A stretch of 44,295 bases of DNA from Escherichia phage GeorgBuechner, in the sequence record MZ501070. One strand, written 5' to 3'. Shown here in pieces: positions 20,101 to 27,588 of this stretch. The notes beneath the pieces were generated by a model. That model had not been told where the DNA came from. It saw only the letters and a program-made list of their open reading frames with translations, and searched no databases. The stretch's first letter is position 1. Every line of letters begins with the position of its first letter. The translations under genes and the position numbers were made by a program.

Positions 20101-20596
20101 GTTCGGCCAGCAGTCCGCCGCGATCGAGCAGAAGATGACGTCCTCGTTTAACCATGCTGGAGGCAGCGCCACATATAGCCTTAAGGCCGGCGTGACGTAT
20201 AACGGGACTTACTATGACGCTGGTATGCAGCTTTCAGTTGTGACGTCTGGCAGCGCGGTTAAATCGCGTATCGCGTTCAAAGCCGACCAGTTCTACATCA
20301 TGCACCCATCTAATGGGTCGCTTTCGTCCGCGTTTATTGTTGACGGCGGGCAGGTGTATATTGACACGGCACGCATCAAGAATGCGTCCATCAACTTCGC
20401 GCAGATCACAGACACGCTGCAATCGAATAACTACGACGGCAGCACGCGCGGATGGCGCTTAGGTAAGGATGGAACGTTTATCAACCTGGGGACCGGAAGC
20501 GGTGGTGGTACAAAGCAGACCAACACCAACTACAGCGTTAAAGACGCGAACGGTGTTTTACGCGTGCAAATTGGCGAGCTTACTGGTCGCTGGTAG
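17177..20596 (+). CDS. Tail tip / host specificity protein J-like (central tail fibre)
   Basis: 1139 aa ORF last in the M-L-K-I-J block; size and position match lambda J-type proteins. Confidence 0.85.
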   Translation: MTIIYDVTGHKGGGGKQHTPQETPDSLHSLAKIRILLALGEGEFESITSASELRQRVYLDGTPIQNADLSENFPGARVEFRPGTQHQDVIHGFSAVESEQSVGVKLENGTPWVRQINDTSLDAVRIRIGIPALYTNEDNGDLVGGRIDYKIVVYTDNADPREFRFAAVGKTMSLYERDHRIELPPNVNTGWRVEVHRITADSTSAKVVNDIRVQSITEIIDARLRYPLTALLFVEFDAKAFQNIPRVSIKCKGRKVLIPNNYDPINHTYSGDWDGTFKRAWTDNPAWHWYDICITERFGLGRRIKPQMLNRYALYQIAQRCDQLVSDGNGGREIRFKNDMYIQSQTDAWTVLKDLAAIFAGMTWWGNQMLNIVSDQPVAAVSHTITNASVIDGRFDYASGSQKTRYSTFAVAYGNPKNHYEDAIATGQRVELVRRHKINRLDITAIGCTRESEAQRRGHWALISNQLDQQVSFKVGMEGLFFIPGSVVAIADTNISGGFETRGGRLLSDPGTRTVLNTDSEITFRLGDKFLVRTDSGNVETREIASVNGNKVTLKTALDADPIPDQPFCVDGDDIQLQKFRITDLEYDDSTSTFSVRGIEYNDSKYDAVDNGARLDPGIFTQVPDGVMKGPESVTITPSQISSQGQLITNVDIVFPPVKDAVVYEIQWRRTSLQNMAVQWGNDWVNIPRTASNGAHIPNVFSGNYQARVRAIGMGEISSPWVSSAITPVEGRLGGLNAPIITNAISGLHQILWKWNHNNAATDISYTELEVRKTGETEWKFLTNVPYPGAEYAQTSLEFGIYQQLRARVADKIGNLSDWSAPFEGQVSDKVDEYMKGLDDEFLTSEDGKRFQEAIDTMPQGIYESMLTDAQQLFNARAEYKGIYAEISVAYNVAADAHQAVAQLETLIGTRLDDAEAAIHTLQTAQSTHEQAFAQYQQTVAAKFGEQEAAIQQVQTATADVAGALAEYKTQVAAQFGQQSAAIEQKMTSSFNHAGGSATYSLKAGVTYNGTYYDAGMQLSVVTSGSAVKSRIAFKADQFYIMHPSNGSLSSAFIVDGGQVYIDTARIKNASINFAQITDTLQSNNYDGSTRGWRLGKDGTFINLGTGSGGGTKQTNTNYSVKDANGVLRVQIGELTGRW

Positions 20597-20598
20597 TA

Positions 20599-20620
20599 TA
20601 GGGGCTTAGGCCCCTTTTTA
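20599..20620 (+). terminator. Terminator after J-like gene
   Basis: GGGGC-tta-GCCCC followed by TTTTT. Confidence 0.6.
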
Positions 20621-20632
20621 ACGAGGTTATTT

Positions 20633-20935
20633 ATGGCATTCGGTATCGCAACGTGGGACGCGCAAGGACGCCCCAACAACTACGGCATTAAACCGGTAAG
20701 CGTGATCGGAAGGATTCATCTTGCGGAAGGACAAAAATCAGGCGCATGGTCATTCCCGGTACCGGCGGGGATGAAGGTCGGATATGTGGTCGCACTGGAT
20801 AAAGGCGCGGTCGGGCCGGGACGCAGAATAACCGCCAGCGGGAACACTATCACGGTTTCCGCGGCAAGTGCGGTAGGTGGCGGGGTTTACTCCGCATCTG
20901 AATGTGACGTTATTGTTTTTGTGGAGCGAGCATAA
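20633..20935 (+). CDS. Hypothetical protein (tail-associated by position)
   Basis: 100 aa ORF with SD-like GAGG upstream; located between J and fibre genes. Confidence 0.45.
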   Translation: MAFGIATWDAQGRPNNYGIKPVSVIGRIHLAEGQKSGAWSFPVPAGMKVGYVVALDKGAVGPGRRITASGNTITVSAASAVGGGVYSASECDVIVFVERA

Positions 20936-21609
20936 TGGCTAATTACGGCGCGCTGATTGACTTACCAAACGGCAACCCGTTTATCACGCCAGAATCGACG
21001 CCGTTTTGTCTATTCCGCCGTGTGGTTGTTGGGTCTTCGGCTAACGGCACTGCGCAGTCGGCGGCTGCCGATATTAATTTGGGGGGTGACTACCCTGCAA
21101 TAGCGTTTGTGAAAACTACGCACACCGCCCAGCCGACCGTCGTAGGGTCTTCTCGCGTTGGTAATGTGGTGAAGGTGAGCGCCAGCAATCCATTTAGGCA
21201 AGGATTCACGATGACAGCATACATCTTTGCCATATTCCCACAGACCCTTCCGCGGTGGGGCTTCGCTATTTGGGATAAGACGGGGAGGCTAGTGCTGACG
21301 AACGAGAGCCGGGTACTAAGCGATTTAGTTACCGTCGGATCGCCAGGCGCTAACGGGGGGATTAACATTGACCAGACGCTAAACGGCAGCTACGCCGTCG
21401 CTCCGGGCATATTGGGGTCTACGCTGATCCGTTTTTTTGTGCAGGGCCAGCCGCAGGTGATATCGGTAACGGCGTACACGGGGGCCAGATTTGATGGGTC
21501 GCGAACGCGTATATCGGCAGCGTCGTCGGGGAACGCCACGGGGGGTGTGGTGGGGTATACTAACAACGGCAACGCGATTATGGCGATTAACACTGCCAAT
21601 TATGATTGA
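20935..21609 (+). CDS. Hypothetical protein (tail-associated by position)
   Basis: 224 aa, Gly/Ser/Thr/Asn-rich; ATGA-type overlap with preceding gene. Confidence 0.45.
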   Translation: MANYGALIDLPNGNPFITPESTPFCLFRRVVVGSSANGTAQSAAADINLGGDYPAIAFVKTTHTAQPTVVGSSRVGNVVKVSASNPFRQGFTMTAYIFAIFPQTLPRWGFAIWDKTGRLVLTNESRVLSDLVTVGSPGANGGINIDQTLNGSYAVAPGILGSTLIRFFVQGQPQVISVTAYTGARFDGSRTRISAASSGNATGGVVGYTNNGNAIMAINTANYD

Positions 21610-21612
21610 AGA

Positions 21613-21634
21613 AGGCCCCGAAAGGGGCCTATTT
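21613..21634. terminator. Bidirectional stem-loop between convergent genes
   Basis: AGGCCCC-gaaa-GGGGCCT; stop codon of the minus-strand lipoprotein gene lies at the edge of the stem. Confidence 0.5.
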
Positions 21635-21847
21635 GCAGGTTGTGCTTTTGAAATGGTCAACTGACACATACTGGAAGTTAAACGGGTATCCCGCCCTGAG
21701 CATTTTGTGGCCGCTAAAATCCGCGACCCCAAACACGGGGACTGAGTAATCCATGCCGCTATTCTGGTACGTCGCGTCGCAGACTTTAGCTGGCATGTTG
21801 GCACAACCGGACAAAAGAACTGCACAAATCATAATTAAAGTTTTCAT
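21629..21847 (-). CDS. Small lipoprotein, candidate receptor-blocking superinfection-exclusion protein (Llp/Cor-like)
   Basis: 72 aa from ATG 21845-21847 with SD AGGGGA; signal peptide MKTLIMICAVLLSGC with lipobox LLSGC; two further Cys in the mature part; convergent with tail genes and adjacent to the fibre gene. Confidence 0.6.
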   Translation of the reverse strand: MKTLIMICAVLLSGCANMPAKVCDATYQNSGMDYSVPVFGVADFSGHKMLRAGYPFNFQYVSVDHFKSTTCK

Positions 21848-21878
21848 GGTATCATCCCCTATATTTGGTTGAGTTTTA

Positions 21879-21906
21879 GTATTACACCGCTCAATCAAGA
21901 ATGCAA
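21879..21906 (-). promoter_or_regulatory. Candidate sigma70-type promoter for the lipoprotein gene
   Basis: Minus strand reads TTGCAT - 16 nt - TAATAC about 30 nt upstream of the ATG; the -35 overlaps an ATTGGTTGCA motif. Confidence 0.35.
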
Positions 21907-21911
21907 CCAAT
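21902..21911. promoter_or_regulatory. TGCAACCAAT motif immediately upstream of the tail fibre SD
   Basis: aTGCAACCAATttACGAGGAtttagctATG; motif 17 nt from the fibre start codon. Confidence 0.5.
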
Positions 21912-21927
21912 TTACGAGGATTTAGCT

Positions 21928-23730
21928 ATGGCAGCGGGTACGCTCTCCGTAACGAACAATAGCAAGGCGGTAGTAGGGGTTGGCACAACGTTTACCGCGT
22001 TCAAGGCTGGCGACTTCTTATCACTGGTGGTGGGGCAAGTGCCTTATACAGTGGCGATCGCGTCCATTGAAAGCGCAACCGCTCTCACGCTAGTGTTGCC
22101 GTTCGATGGCCCTACGGCAACCGGACTTGCCTGGGATGGTATTAATCGCGATACCATGTCACTGGCAACGATGGGCGTTACCGTACAGGCGCAAAAAGCA
22201 TTGCGCTTGATGATTGCAGATGAAAACAACTGGCGTGCAATCTTCGGCGACGCTGAAGAAATCACAGTGACGTTACCTAACGGGCAAGTCATGCAGGGTA
22301 TGTCATGGGGATACCTGTCGGAATTGCTTAAGAACGTAGATCCGGTTGAGATGCGCGACCTCGCAGCGCAAGCCGAAGCATCGAAATCGGCAGCGCAAGG
22401 ATTTCGTAATGAGGCCGAAGGCTTCAAGAACGATACCAATACAATCAAGACGCAGACCAACCAGATTAAGGCGGATACGCAGGCTATCCACGACGCCACC
22501 AATACCATCAAGACGCAGACCAACCAGATTAAGACGGATACGCAGGCCATCAAAGACCAGACGAACCAGATCAAGACTGACACTGGCGTTATGAGGGACG
22601 AGGCCAACACCGCGAAGGCGGACGCGCAAGCTGCCAGCACTGCCGCACAGGAATTCCGCGACCAGGCAGAGGAGTGGGCGCAAAGCGTTAACGCGGATAA
22701 CCTGCTAACCAAATCCGGCAACCTGGCAGGACTTGCGGATAAAACTGAGTCGTGGGCAAACCTTATGCCTGCAGGCCCGCTACGAGTCGGCGGTGACCCC
22801 AATGCGGATCTGGATGCGGCAACTAAGCGTTGGACGTTGGGTTTATTAGACGCAGGCACGGCGAATACGTCGTGGTCGGTAATCAACGGCGACGCCACTA
22901 AACCGCCAGCGGGCACTACGGCAGACGGCGGAAGCATTATATCTGAATATCGTGTAGGTACTTCTGTACATTCGGAAGCAAAGCTGCGCGTCCGTGCGAC
23001 TATCGGCGGTGAGACTTACGCCCGCTTGGCGATCACCAACCTGGAGACGGCGCAGAGTTCGGGCATCGACTTTAACACCAAAGGCGAGATGACCTTGCCG
23101 GGCAAGTTTACGGTGAACAGTCCAGGGTCAGATGTCGTCGGCAGCTTGTCCTTAAGCCGCGGGTCTTACCTGCAATTTGCATTCGAACCGTACTACACCG
23201 TAGCCGAAACCGTGCCGAACGACGTTGTAGGCGGTAGGACGTTCTTCGAACCGGCACTAGTCAAGAGCGGCACTCGATATTTTCGCCTGTTTATGCGACG
23301 TAAGGATGGGAACCGTACCGGCGAAATTATGCTTAACTTCCCGACTACCGTATCGGGGACTATCGCGCTGCAAGGCACATCCGGCCGCGAGTATAAGAAA
23401 GATATTGCCGATGCGGACGCAAGCGAAGCTATGGACCGCATTAACAGCCAGCGCCTTGTTAACTTCGTGTATAAGGATGATGAGCAGGCCCGCCAGCGCT
23501 TCGGTATTATCGCCGAAGAAGCGGAGTTAATTGCGCCGCAGTACGTTAAACACCACGAGTTCCCGATCGAGGATATTCTCGACGAAGACGGCAACAAGAT
23601 CGGGGAGAAGATGACGGACCGCCCATCCATCGACGTTAACCCGATCGTAATGGACTTGATGGGATGTGTTCAATATCTCAATAAGCAGGTGGAGGATTTG
23701 AAGGCCGAGATCGCGGCGTTGAAGAAATAA
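21928..23730 (+). CDS. Tail fibre protein with C-terminal S74-type intramolecular chaperone domain
   Basis: 600 aa from ATG 21928 (track ORF starts at 21901 inside the motif); internal 63 bp tandem repeat encoding NTIKTQTNQIK...; C-terminal GTSGREYKKDIADADASEAMDRINSQRLVNFVYKDD resembles fibre chaperone domains. Confidence 0.8.
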   Translation: MAAGTLSVTNNSKAVVGVGTTFTAFKAGDFLSLVVGQVPYTVAIASIESATALTLVLPFDGPTATGLAWDGINRDTMSLATMGVTVQAQKALRLMIADENNWRAIFGDAEEITVTLPNGQVMQGMSWGYLSELLKNVDPVEMRDLAAQAEASKSAAQGFRNEAEGFKNDTNTIKTQTNQIKADTQAIHDATNTIKTQTNQIKTDTQAIKDQTNQIKTDTGVMRDEANTAKADAQAASTAAQEFRDQAEEWAQSVNADNLLTKSGNLAGLADKTESWANLMPAGPLRVGGDPNADLDAATKRWTLGLLDAGTANTSWSVINGDATKPPAGTTADGGSIISEYRVGTSVHSEAKLRVRATIGGETYARLAITNLETAQSSGIDFNTKGEMTLPGKFTVNSPGSDVVGSLSLSRGSYLQFAFEPYYTVAETVPNDVVGGRTFFEPALVKSGTRYFRLFMRRKDGNRTGEIMLNFPTTVSGTIALQGTSGREYKKDIADADASEAMDRINSQRLVNFVYKDDEQARQRFGIIAEEAELIAPQYVKHHEFPIEDILDEDGNKIGEKMTDRPSIDVNPIVMDLMGCVQYLNKQVEDLKAEIAALKK

Positions 23731-23736
23731 ATAGAA

Positions 23737-23758
23737 GGGGCCATGCGGCCCCTTTTTC
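23737..23758. terminator. Bidirectional terminator between fibre gene and minus-strand early cluster
   Basis: GGGGCC-atgc-GGCCCC followed by TTTTT. Confidence 0.7.
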
Positions 23759-24333
23759 TAGTTTGAGTTTTCCCAGTCCATTTTGCGCCGCACTAGCGGG
23801 CTTTCGTAATATTCCTTGCCCTCAACTTCCACTAAGGGCCAGTCATTAACAATGACGTATGGTTCCGCGATATCTTCAATAACGCCGTGCGCGCTTTGTG
23901 GCCCGAACGATACGCCCACCAGGATAACACCGGCAACTCTACGGGTGAGATACTCGCGAGCGCAACGTGCTTCCACCAATCCGCGACGGATGCCACTGGT
24001 GGCCTTAACCTCGTAGGTCCAGACGGCATCGATCACATGCTCTCGGAAGTCGGGGCCAGATTTAACCTTGCGCTTACCGACCATGATGATATCGCCGCGG
24101 TCGATGGTATTGGCGCTGAACAAGCCGGTACGCATGAGCAAGCCTTGCGGGATACAACTGCGCCCGCCTGCTTGCCCTTCAAGGTACATGCCCGCAAACA
24201 TTTCGCCCAGCACACCGACCAGTCGGCTTTGCTTGCACGCGTCGGACTTTAAGCGCCATTGGTCAAACTCGATGCTTGCTATCATTGCCGCCAGGTGGAA
24301 TTGTTTACCGGATATTTCATATTCGCCGTACAT
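23758..24333 (-). CDS. Hypothetical protein (possible PD-(D/E)xK-like fold, weak)
   Basis: 191 aa; SD GAGGA; segment GDIIMVG ... YEVKA could be a D ... E-x-K nuclease motif (inference only). Confidence 0.5.
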   Translation of the reverse strand: MYGEYEISGKQFHLAAMIASIEFDQWRLKSDACKQSRLVGVLGEMFAGMYLEGQAGGRSCIPQGLLMRTGLFSANTIDRGDIIMVGKRKVKSGPDFREHVIDAVWTYEVKATSGIRRGLVEARCAREYLTRRVAGVILVGVSFGPQSAHGVIEDIAEPYVIVNDWPLVEVEGKEYYESPLVRRKMDWENSN

Positions 24334-24375
24334 CGTGTGGTCCTCATTGATGCGGGCCGAAGCCCGCGATTAGAA

Positions 24376-24897
24376 TTATTTCAGTGCGCTACGTACCAGT
24401 GTTTTTTCCATGTTGCGGAAGTCTTCCGGCGTCATGAGGATCTTGGACCCATCCTCGCCAGTGAGCACGACCATCGGCTGGACGTCCTGGGATACGACGC
24501 CGAAATTGGCGGCTTTGACAGTCTTGCCCGCCGATGCCGAAGGATGCCACGTTCCGCCGGTGGCGATGGGCCAACCTTTAAGGCTGTCGTATTGCGCTGC
24601 CGTTGTATCGACCTGAATCTCATCATGCACGGTCATGTGGGATTCGCCCAGCAAGGCCGCATACGCTACCAGGTCGACGATATTGTCTTCCTGGTGCTTA
24701 CGGTGCTGGCGCACCAGCTTCAGGCAGATCAAGAAGGTCCAGGCTTCTTGCTCGGTAAGGTCGCGACCGGTAAGCGCGTTAAACACGGCGGCAATTTGTT
24801 TCGCGCTGCGTTCCTCTTTCGCGTTGTCATAGCCGTTTTCTTTTCCGCGCTGTTCCATAGTGGTGGCGGCGTTTTTGCAGTATTCGTATGCTTTCAT
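24376..24897 (-). CDS. Hypothetical protein
   Basis: 173 aa ORF; upstream leader contains hairpin GTTGGGGGC-aatacc-GCCCCCAAC (24916-24939) and motif palindrome. Confidence 0.5.
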   Translation of the reverse strand: MKAYEYCKNAATTMEQRGKENGYDNAKEERSAKQIAAVFNALTGRDLTEQEAWTFLICLKLVRQHRKHQEDNIVDLVAYAALLGESHMTVHDEIQVDTTAAQYDSLKGWPIATGGTWHPSASAGKTVKAANFGVVSQDVQPMVVLTGEDGSKILMTPEDFRNMEKTLVRSALK

Positions 24898-24950
24898 GAT
24901 GTTTTTCCTTTTTAGTTGGGGGCGGTATTGCCCCCAACGAGTTAACTATA

Positions 24951-24988
24951 TTGCAACCAACCTATTGGTTGCAAGTGAATTTTGCAAC
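24951..24988. promoter_or_regulatory. Inverted-repeat motif TTGCAACCAA-ccta-TTGGTTGCAA followed by conserved TTGCAAGTGAATTTTGCAAC element
   Basis: Perfect 10 bp arms; the downstream 20-mer matches 5821-5840 (TTGCAAGCGAATTTTGCGAT) at 17/20; on the minus strand TTGCAA-18 nt-TATAGT could act as a promoter for gene 24376..24897. Confidence 0.45.
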
Positions 24989-25121
24989 GTTAATTGCGTA
25001 AATATTCGGGACCAAATCGCCACACGCCCGACGAATTGCCGCGATGTTCTTCGGGCAGTCCTCAATGATGACCAGTTCAGACACGTCCGCGTAGCAGACC
25101 ATTTTGAACACGGCGCACGCC

Positions 25122-25316
25122 TTAAACTCTGGCGGAAAACTTGTTACACACAAGATGCCAATTTGCGGTTATGACAAGCCAGCCGGTAAGGTCCATACCC
25201 AGGATATATTCTGGACGTGACACTCGCTTCACACGATCGCGGCGCGGGTCGATGTTATAGTCTCTTTGCATTCGGTCTACTACCGCAGGGTCGCGGTCAA
25301 CGATTAAGATATTCAA
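25122..25316 (-). CDS. Possible small protein with TTG start
   Basis: 64 aa; strong SD AAGGAG 6 nt upstream of TTG at 25314-25316; overlaps end of Dam gene by 20 nt. Confidence 0.25.
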   Translation of the reverse strand: MNILIVDRDPAVVDRMQRDYNIDPRRDRVKRVSRPEYILGMDLTGWLVITANWHLVCNKFSARV

Positions 25317-25782
25317 GGAGTTCTCCTTCGCTCATTATTTCAATTTGTGCGCTGCCGGTTGGCGGCGCTTCGTCAAATATTATCAATTGCTGGCATTTGT
25401 TATTGCTCGGCCCGACTTCACCGGTGACAGCATGTATAAATCGTATCCGCCAGTCCAGAAGAATTATCAGGTTTGCAGTCTTCCGGGCCAGCCTCGCCCA
25501 CTTAGTCGACGTGTCCTGATTCAGCAGCATGACCGTCCGGCGTCCGTGCGCTGCGCACTCGACCCACGGCAGCGGATCTGAATACGGCGGATTGCACCAC
25601 TTCCACCCTTTCAACTCTGCCCAGTCCACATCAAGCGCGCTGTGCTCCGCCGTGAAGTAACGCGGTAGCAGATGATTGGCGTCGCTCGCCGCCATATCGT
25701 AACGGAATCGGAACTTACGGCGCAGCGGTTTAAATAAAGCTGGCGGTGTGCGCCAGCTATCTTTCTGCTCACTCTTCTGCAT
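25297..25782 (-). CDS. dam: DNA N6-adenine methyltransferase (phage Dam type)
   Basis: 161 aa; DSWRTPPALF near N-terminus and catalytic WCNPPYSD (NPPY) motif. Confidence 0.8.
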   Translation of the reverse strand: MQKSEQKDSWRTPPALFKPLRRKFRFRYDMAASDANHLLPRYFTAEHSALDVDWAELKGWKWCNPPYSDPLPWVECAAHGRRTVMLLNQDTSTKWARLARKTANLIILLDWRIRFIHAVTGEVGPSNNKCQQLIIFDEAPPTGSAQIEIMSEGELLEYLNR

Positions 25783-26233
25783 AGTCTGGGTCTATCGCAT
25801 ACAGGGCAATCTTATCGCCTTTCGTCAAGATGCGCTGCACGCGCTTTGACTCCTCGGCGCTCATAGGGCGAGCGTTCGGGTATAGGCTGCCGTTTGTGGG
25901 ATTGCGCCACGCCACAAGCACCAGGTCTTTACGGTCGATCTTAGACTGGCGGCCCTTCGCGCGCACGTATTCCTCGGCCCGTTTGCAATGCTCGCGCAGA
26001 CCTTCGGCAGTGATGCGGTTTAGCGCGACGGTGGTGGTGTATCCGGTGCGCTGCATAATACCCATCAACTCATACAGCAGATCGAAGCGCTCCTCTAATT
26101 CCTTGCGCGCCTTCTCCTCGCCTTCATAGCTCGCCAGATAGGTGTCTGCCAGCGCGCTAACACGTTCGGCATGTTCGCGGGCTTCGAGGCATTGCGCGGC
26201 CCAGTAATTTTTCTCTTCTTGTAAAATTTTCAT
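25769..26233 (-). CDS. Hypothetical protein
   Basis: 154 aa, charged/helical; SD GGAG; overlaps Dam start. Confidence 0.5.
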   Translation of the reverse strand: MKILQEEKNYWAAQCLEAREHAERVSALADTYLASYEGEEKARKELEERFDLLYELMGIMQRTGYTTTVALNRITAEGLREHCKRAEEYVRAKGRQSKIDRKDLVLVAWRNPTNGSLYPNARPMSAEESKRVQRILTKGDKIALYAIDPDYAEE

Positions 26234-26476
26234 TTATTTAATCTCCGTAGTGCGGATTTCCTTGCGCGGAATAAATTTGCCGTCTTTCTCGACCCAGCAA
26301 GTTCCGTAACGCCATTGGGTATTACGGCCTGTTTGCTCGGCATATACGGTCTTGCATTCATAGCGTTCCGTATAGTAAATAGCCGCGGTAGGTACGAAAA
26401 TACAAACGGCAAACATGAGGGTGAGTATCACCCAAAATCGAAGGTCGCCGTCGTAGTCGAAAAATAATGATCTCAT
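26234..26476 (-). CDS. Small membrane protein
   Basis: 80 aa; TM segment FWVILTLMFAVCIFVPTAAIYY; SD GGAG. Confidence 0.45.
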   Translation of the reverse strand: MRSLFFDYDGDLRFWVILTLMFAVCIFVPTAAIYYTERYECKTVYAEQTGRNTQWRYGTCWVEKDGKFIPRKEIRTTEIK

Positions 26477-26530
26477 CGTGTTGTCTCCAGGTATTAAAAA
26501 GGGCGTCCAAACCGGACACCCTTAATGTAC

Positions 26531-26557
26531 TGCAACCAATCTAATTATGCAACCAAT
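26531..26557. promoter_or_regulatory. Tandem pair of TGCAACCAAT motifs between minus-strand genes
   Basis: TGCAACCAAT at 26531-26540 and 26548-26557; on the minus strand followed by an imperfect hairpin plus T-run and the SD of gene 26234..26476. Confidence 0.5.
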
Positions 26558-26881
26558 TTACGCATAAAAGTTTGGGTCGCGTGCAACGTCTACCAGGTAA
26601 AGGTTGCTTATGCGGTTGCCGTAGTGCCCTGGAGTGCGCTGGCGGCACACAACGGCGAAGCCTGGGGGGATTGTATTGCCCGTCTCAATAATCCACGCCA
26701 CGCGTGCGCCAGACAGCGTCTTGCCGTTGCATTCGATACGAGTACCGCCATCTGCAGTATTGAGGTTGCCAATTTTGCAGCCGGTGGATTTCAGGCGAAT
26801 TACGCCGGTTTTGCTGTCGTAGGTGAATAGCTGGTTAGTCATTGCGACCGAAAAGTCGATGGCTTCGAATGAAGTATTCAT
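26558..26881 (-). CDS. HNH endonuclease-like protein (HNH_3-like, possibly degenerate)
   Basis: 107 aa; SGARVAWIIETGNTIPPGFAVVCRQRTPGHYGNRISNLYL resembles the HNH_3 pattern, but the usual D-H dyad position reads C-R; SD ACGAGGA. Confidence 0.4.
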   Translation of the reverse strand: MNTSFEAIDFSVAMTNQLFTYDSKTGVIRLKSTGCKIGNLNTADGGTRIECNGKTLSGARVAWIIETGNTIPPGFAVVCRQRTPGHYGNRISNLYLVDVARDPNFYA

Positions 26882-27588
26882 TTTAAATTTTCCTCGTTAA
26901 CCGCTATCGCGAAGCCGCGCGGAGTGAGCGACCGGATTAATTTTGTGCGGGCTGATTTGCCTCCGAGGCGACTATACTGCTTCGAGTACCCTTTTTCAAC
27001 GAAAACAGGTCTCTTCTCGGGCATACGGAAGCCGTTGCCGGTCCATAAGCAGGTCAGCTTCGGATATGAGTCGCGGGCGTTGATGTATTCAGGGAACAAC
27101 GGATGTACGTCATCCTCCGGCAGATATCCCCCATACTCCCACGGGTCGAACGAGTGATCCGGCTTTCGCCACTGGGTGGAAAGCACACTGCGCGGATTCT
27201 CAATCATATATGGCACTTCGAAGAAGTCACCCAGGTAAGCGGCGATCTTCGCGGTGCGCACCGCCTTAAGCTGAAAGGCTGGGTCTTTTGCACGCTTGCG
27301 TGGGAAAGCTGGCGCACCGCTAACCGCCAGATCCGTACACGGCGGGAACGCATAAATGATATCCGGCGTACCGAAATCGCCATTCATCGCGCGGTCCACG
27401 AAGTCCAGGTCGATAAACACATTACGATAGCGAATGCCGCGACCATAGATCCGGTAGTCCAGATAAGACCCGTGATCGGCTTCGGAGTAGTTGAAGCAGT
27501 AGCACGTATGCCCCATCTCGGCGGCACGCTCAATCATCAAGCCGCTGCCGTCAAACAATGACCAGATTGTCATTTTAGCAATAGTCAT
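26878..27588 (-). CDS. Short C5-cytosine DNA methyltransferase-like protein
   Basis: 236 aa; motif I-like LFDGSG, motif IV-like FPPCTDLAVSG (catalytic PC), motif VI-like MIENP; no obvious large target-recognition domain. Confidence 0.55.
   Translation of the reverse strand: MTIAKMTIWSLFDGSGLMIERAAEMGHTCYCFNYSEADHGSYLDYRIYGRGIRYRNVFIDLDFVDRAMNGDFGTPDIIYAFPPCTDLAVSGAPAFPRKRAKDPAFQLKAVRTAKIAAYLGDFFEVPYMIENPRSVLSTQWRKPDHSFDPWEYGGYLPEDDVHPLFPEYINARDSYPKLTCLWTGNGFRMPEKRPVFVEKGYSKQYSRLGGKSARTKLIRSLTPRGFAIAVNEENLK

Noticed and set aside
24860-25174. Plus-strand ORFs in the Dam region (24860..25174, 25217..25519)
   Set aside because: They overlap the motif palindrome or run antisense to the Dam gene, and have no SD.
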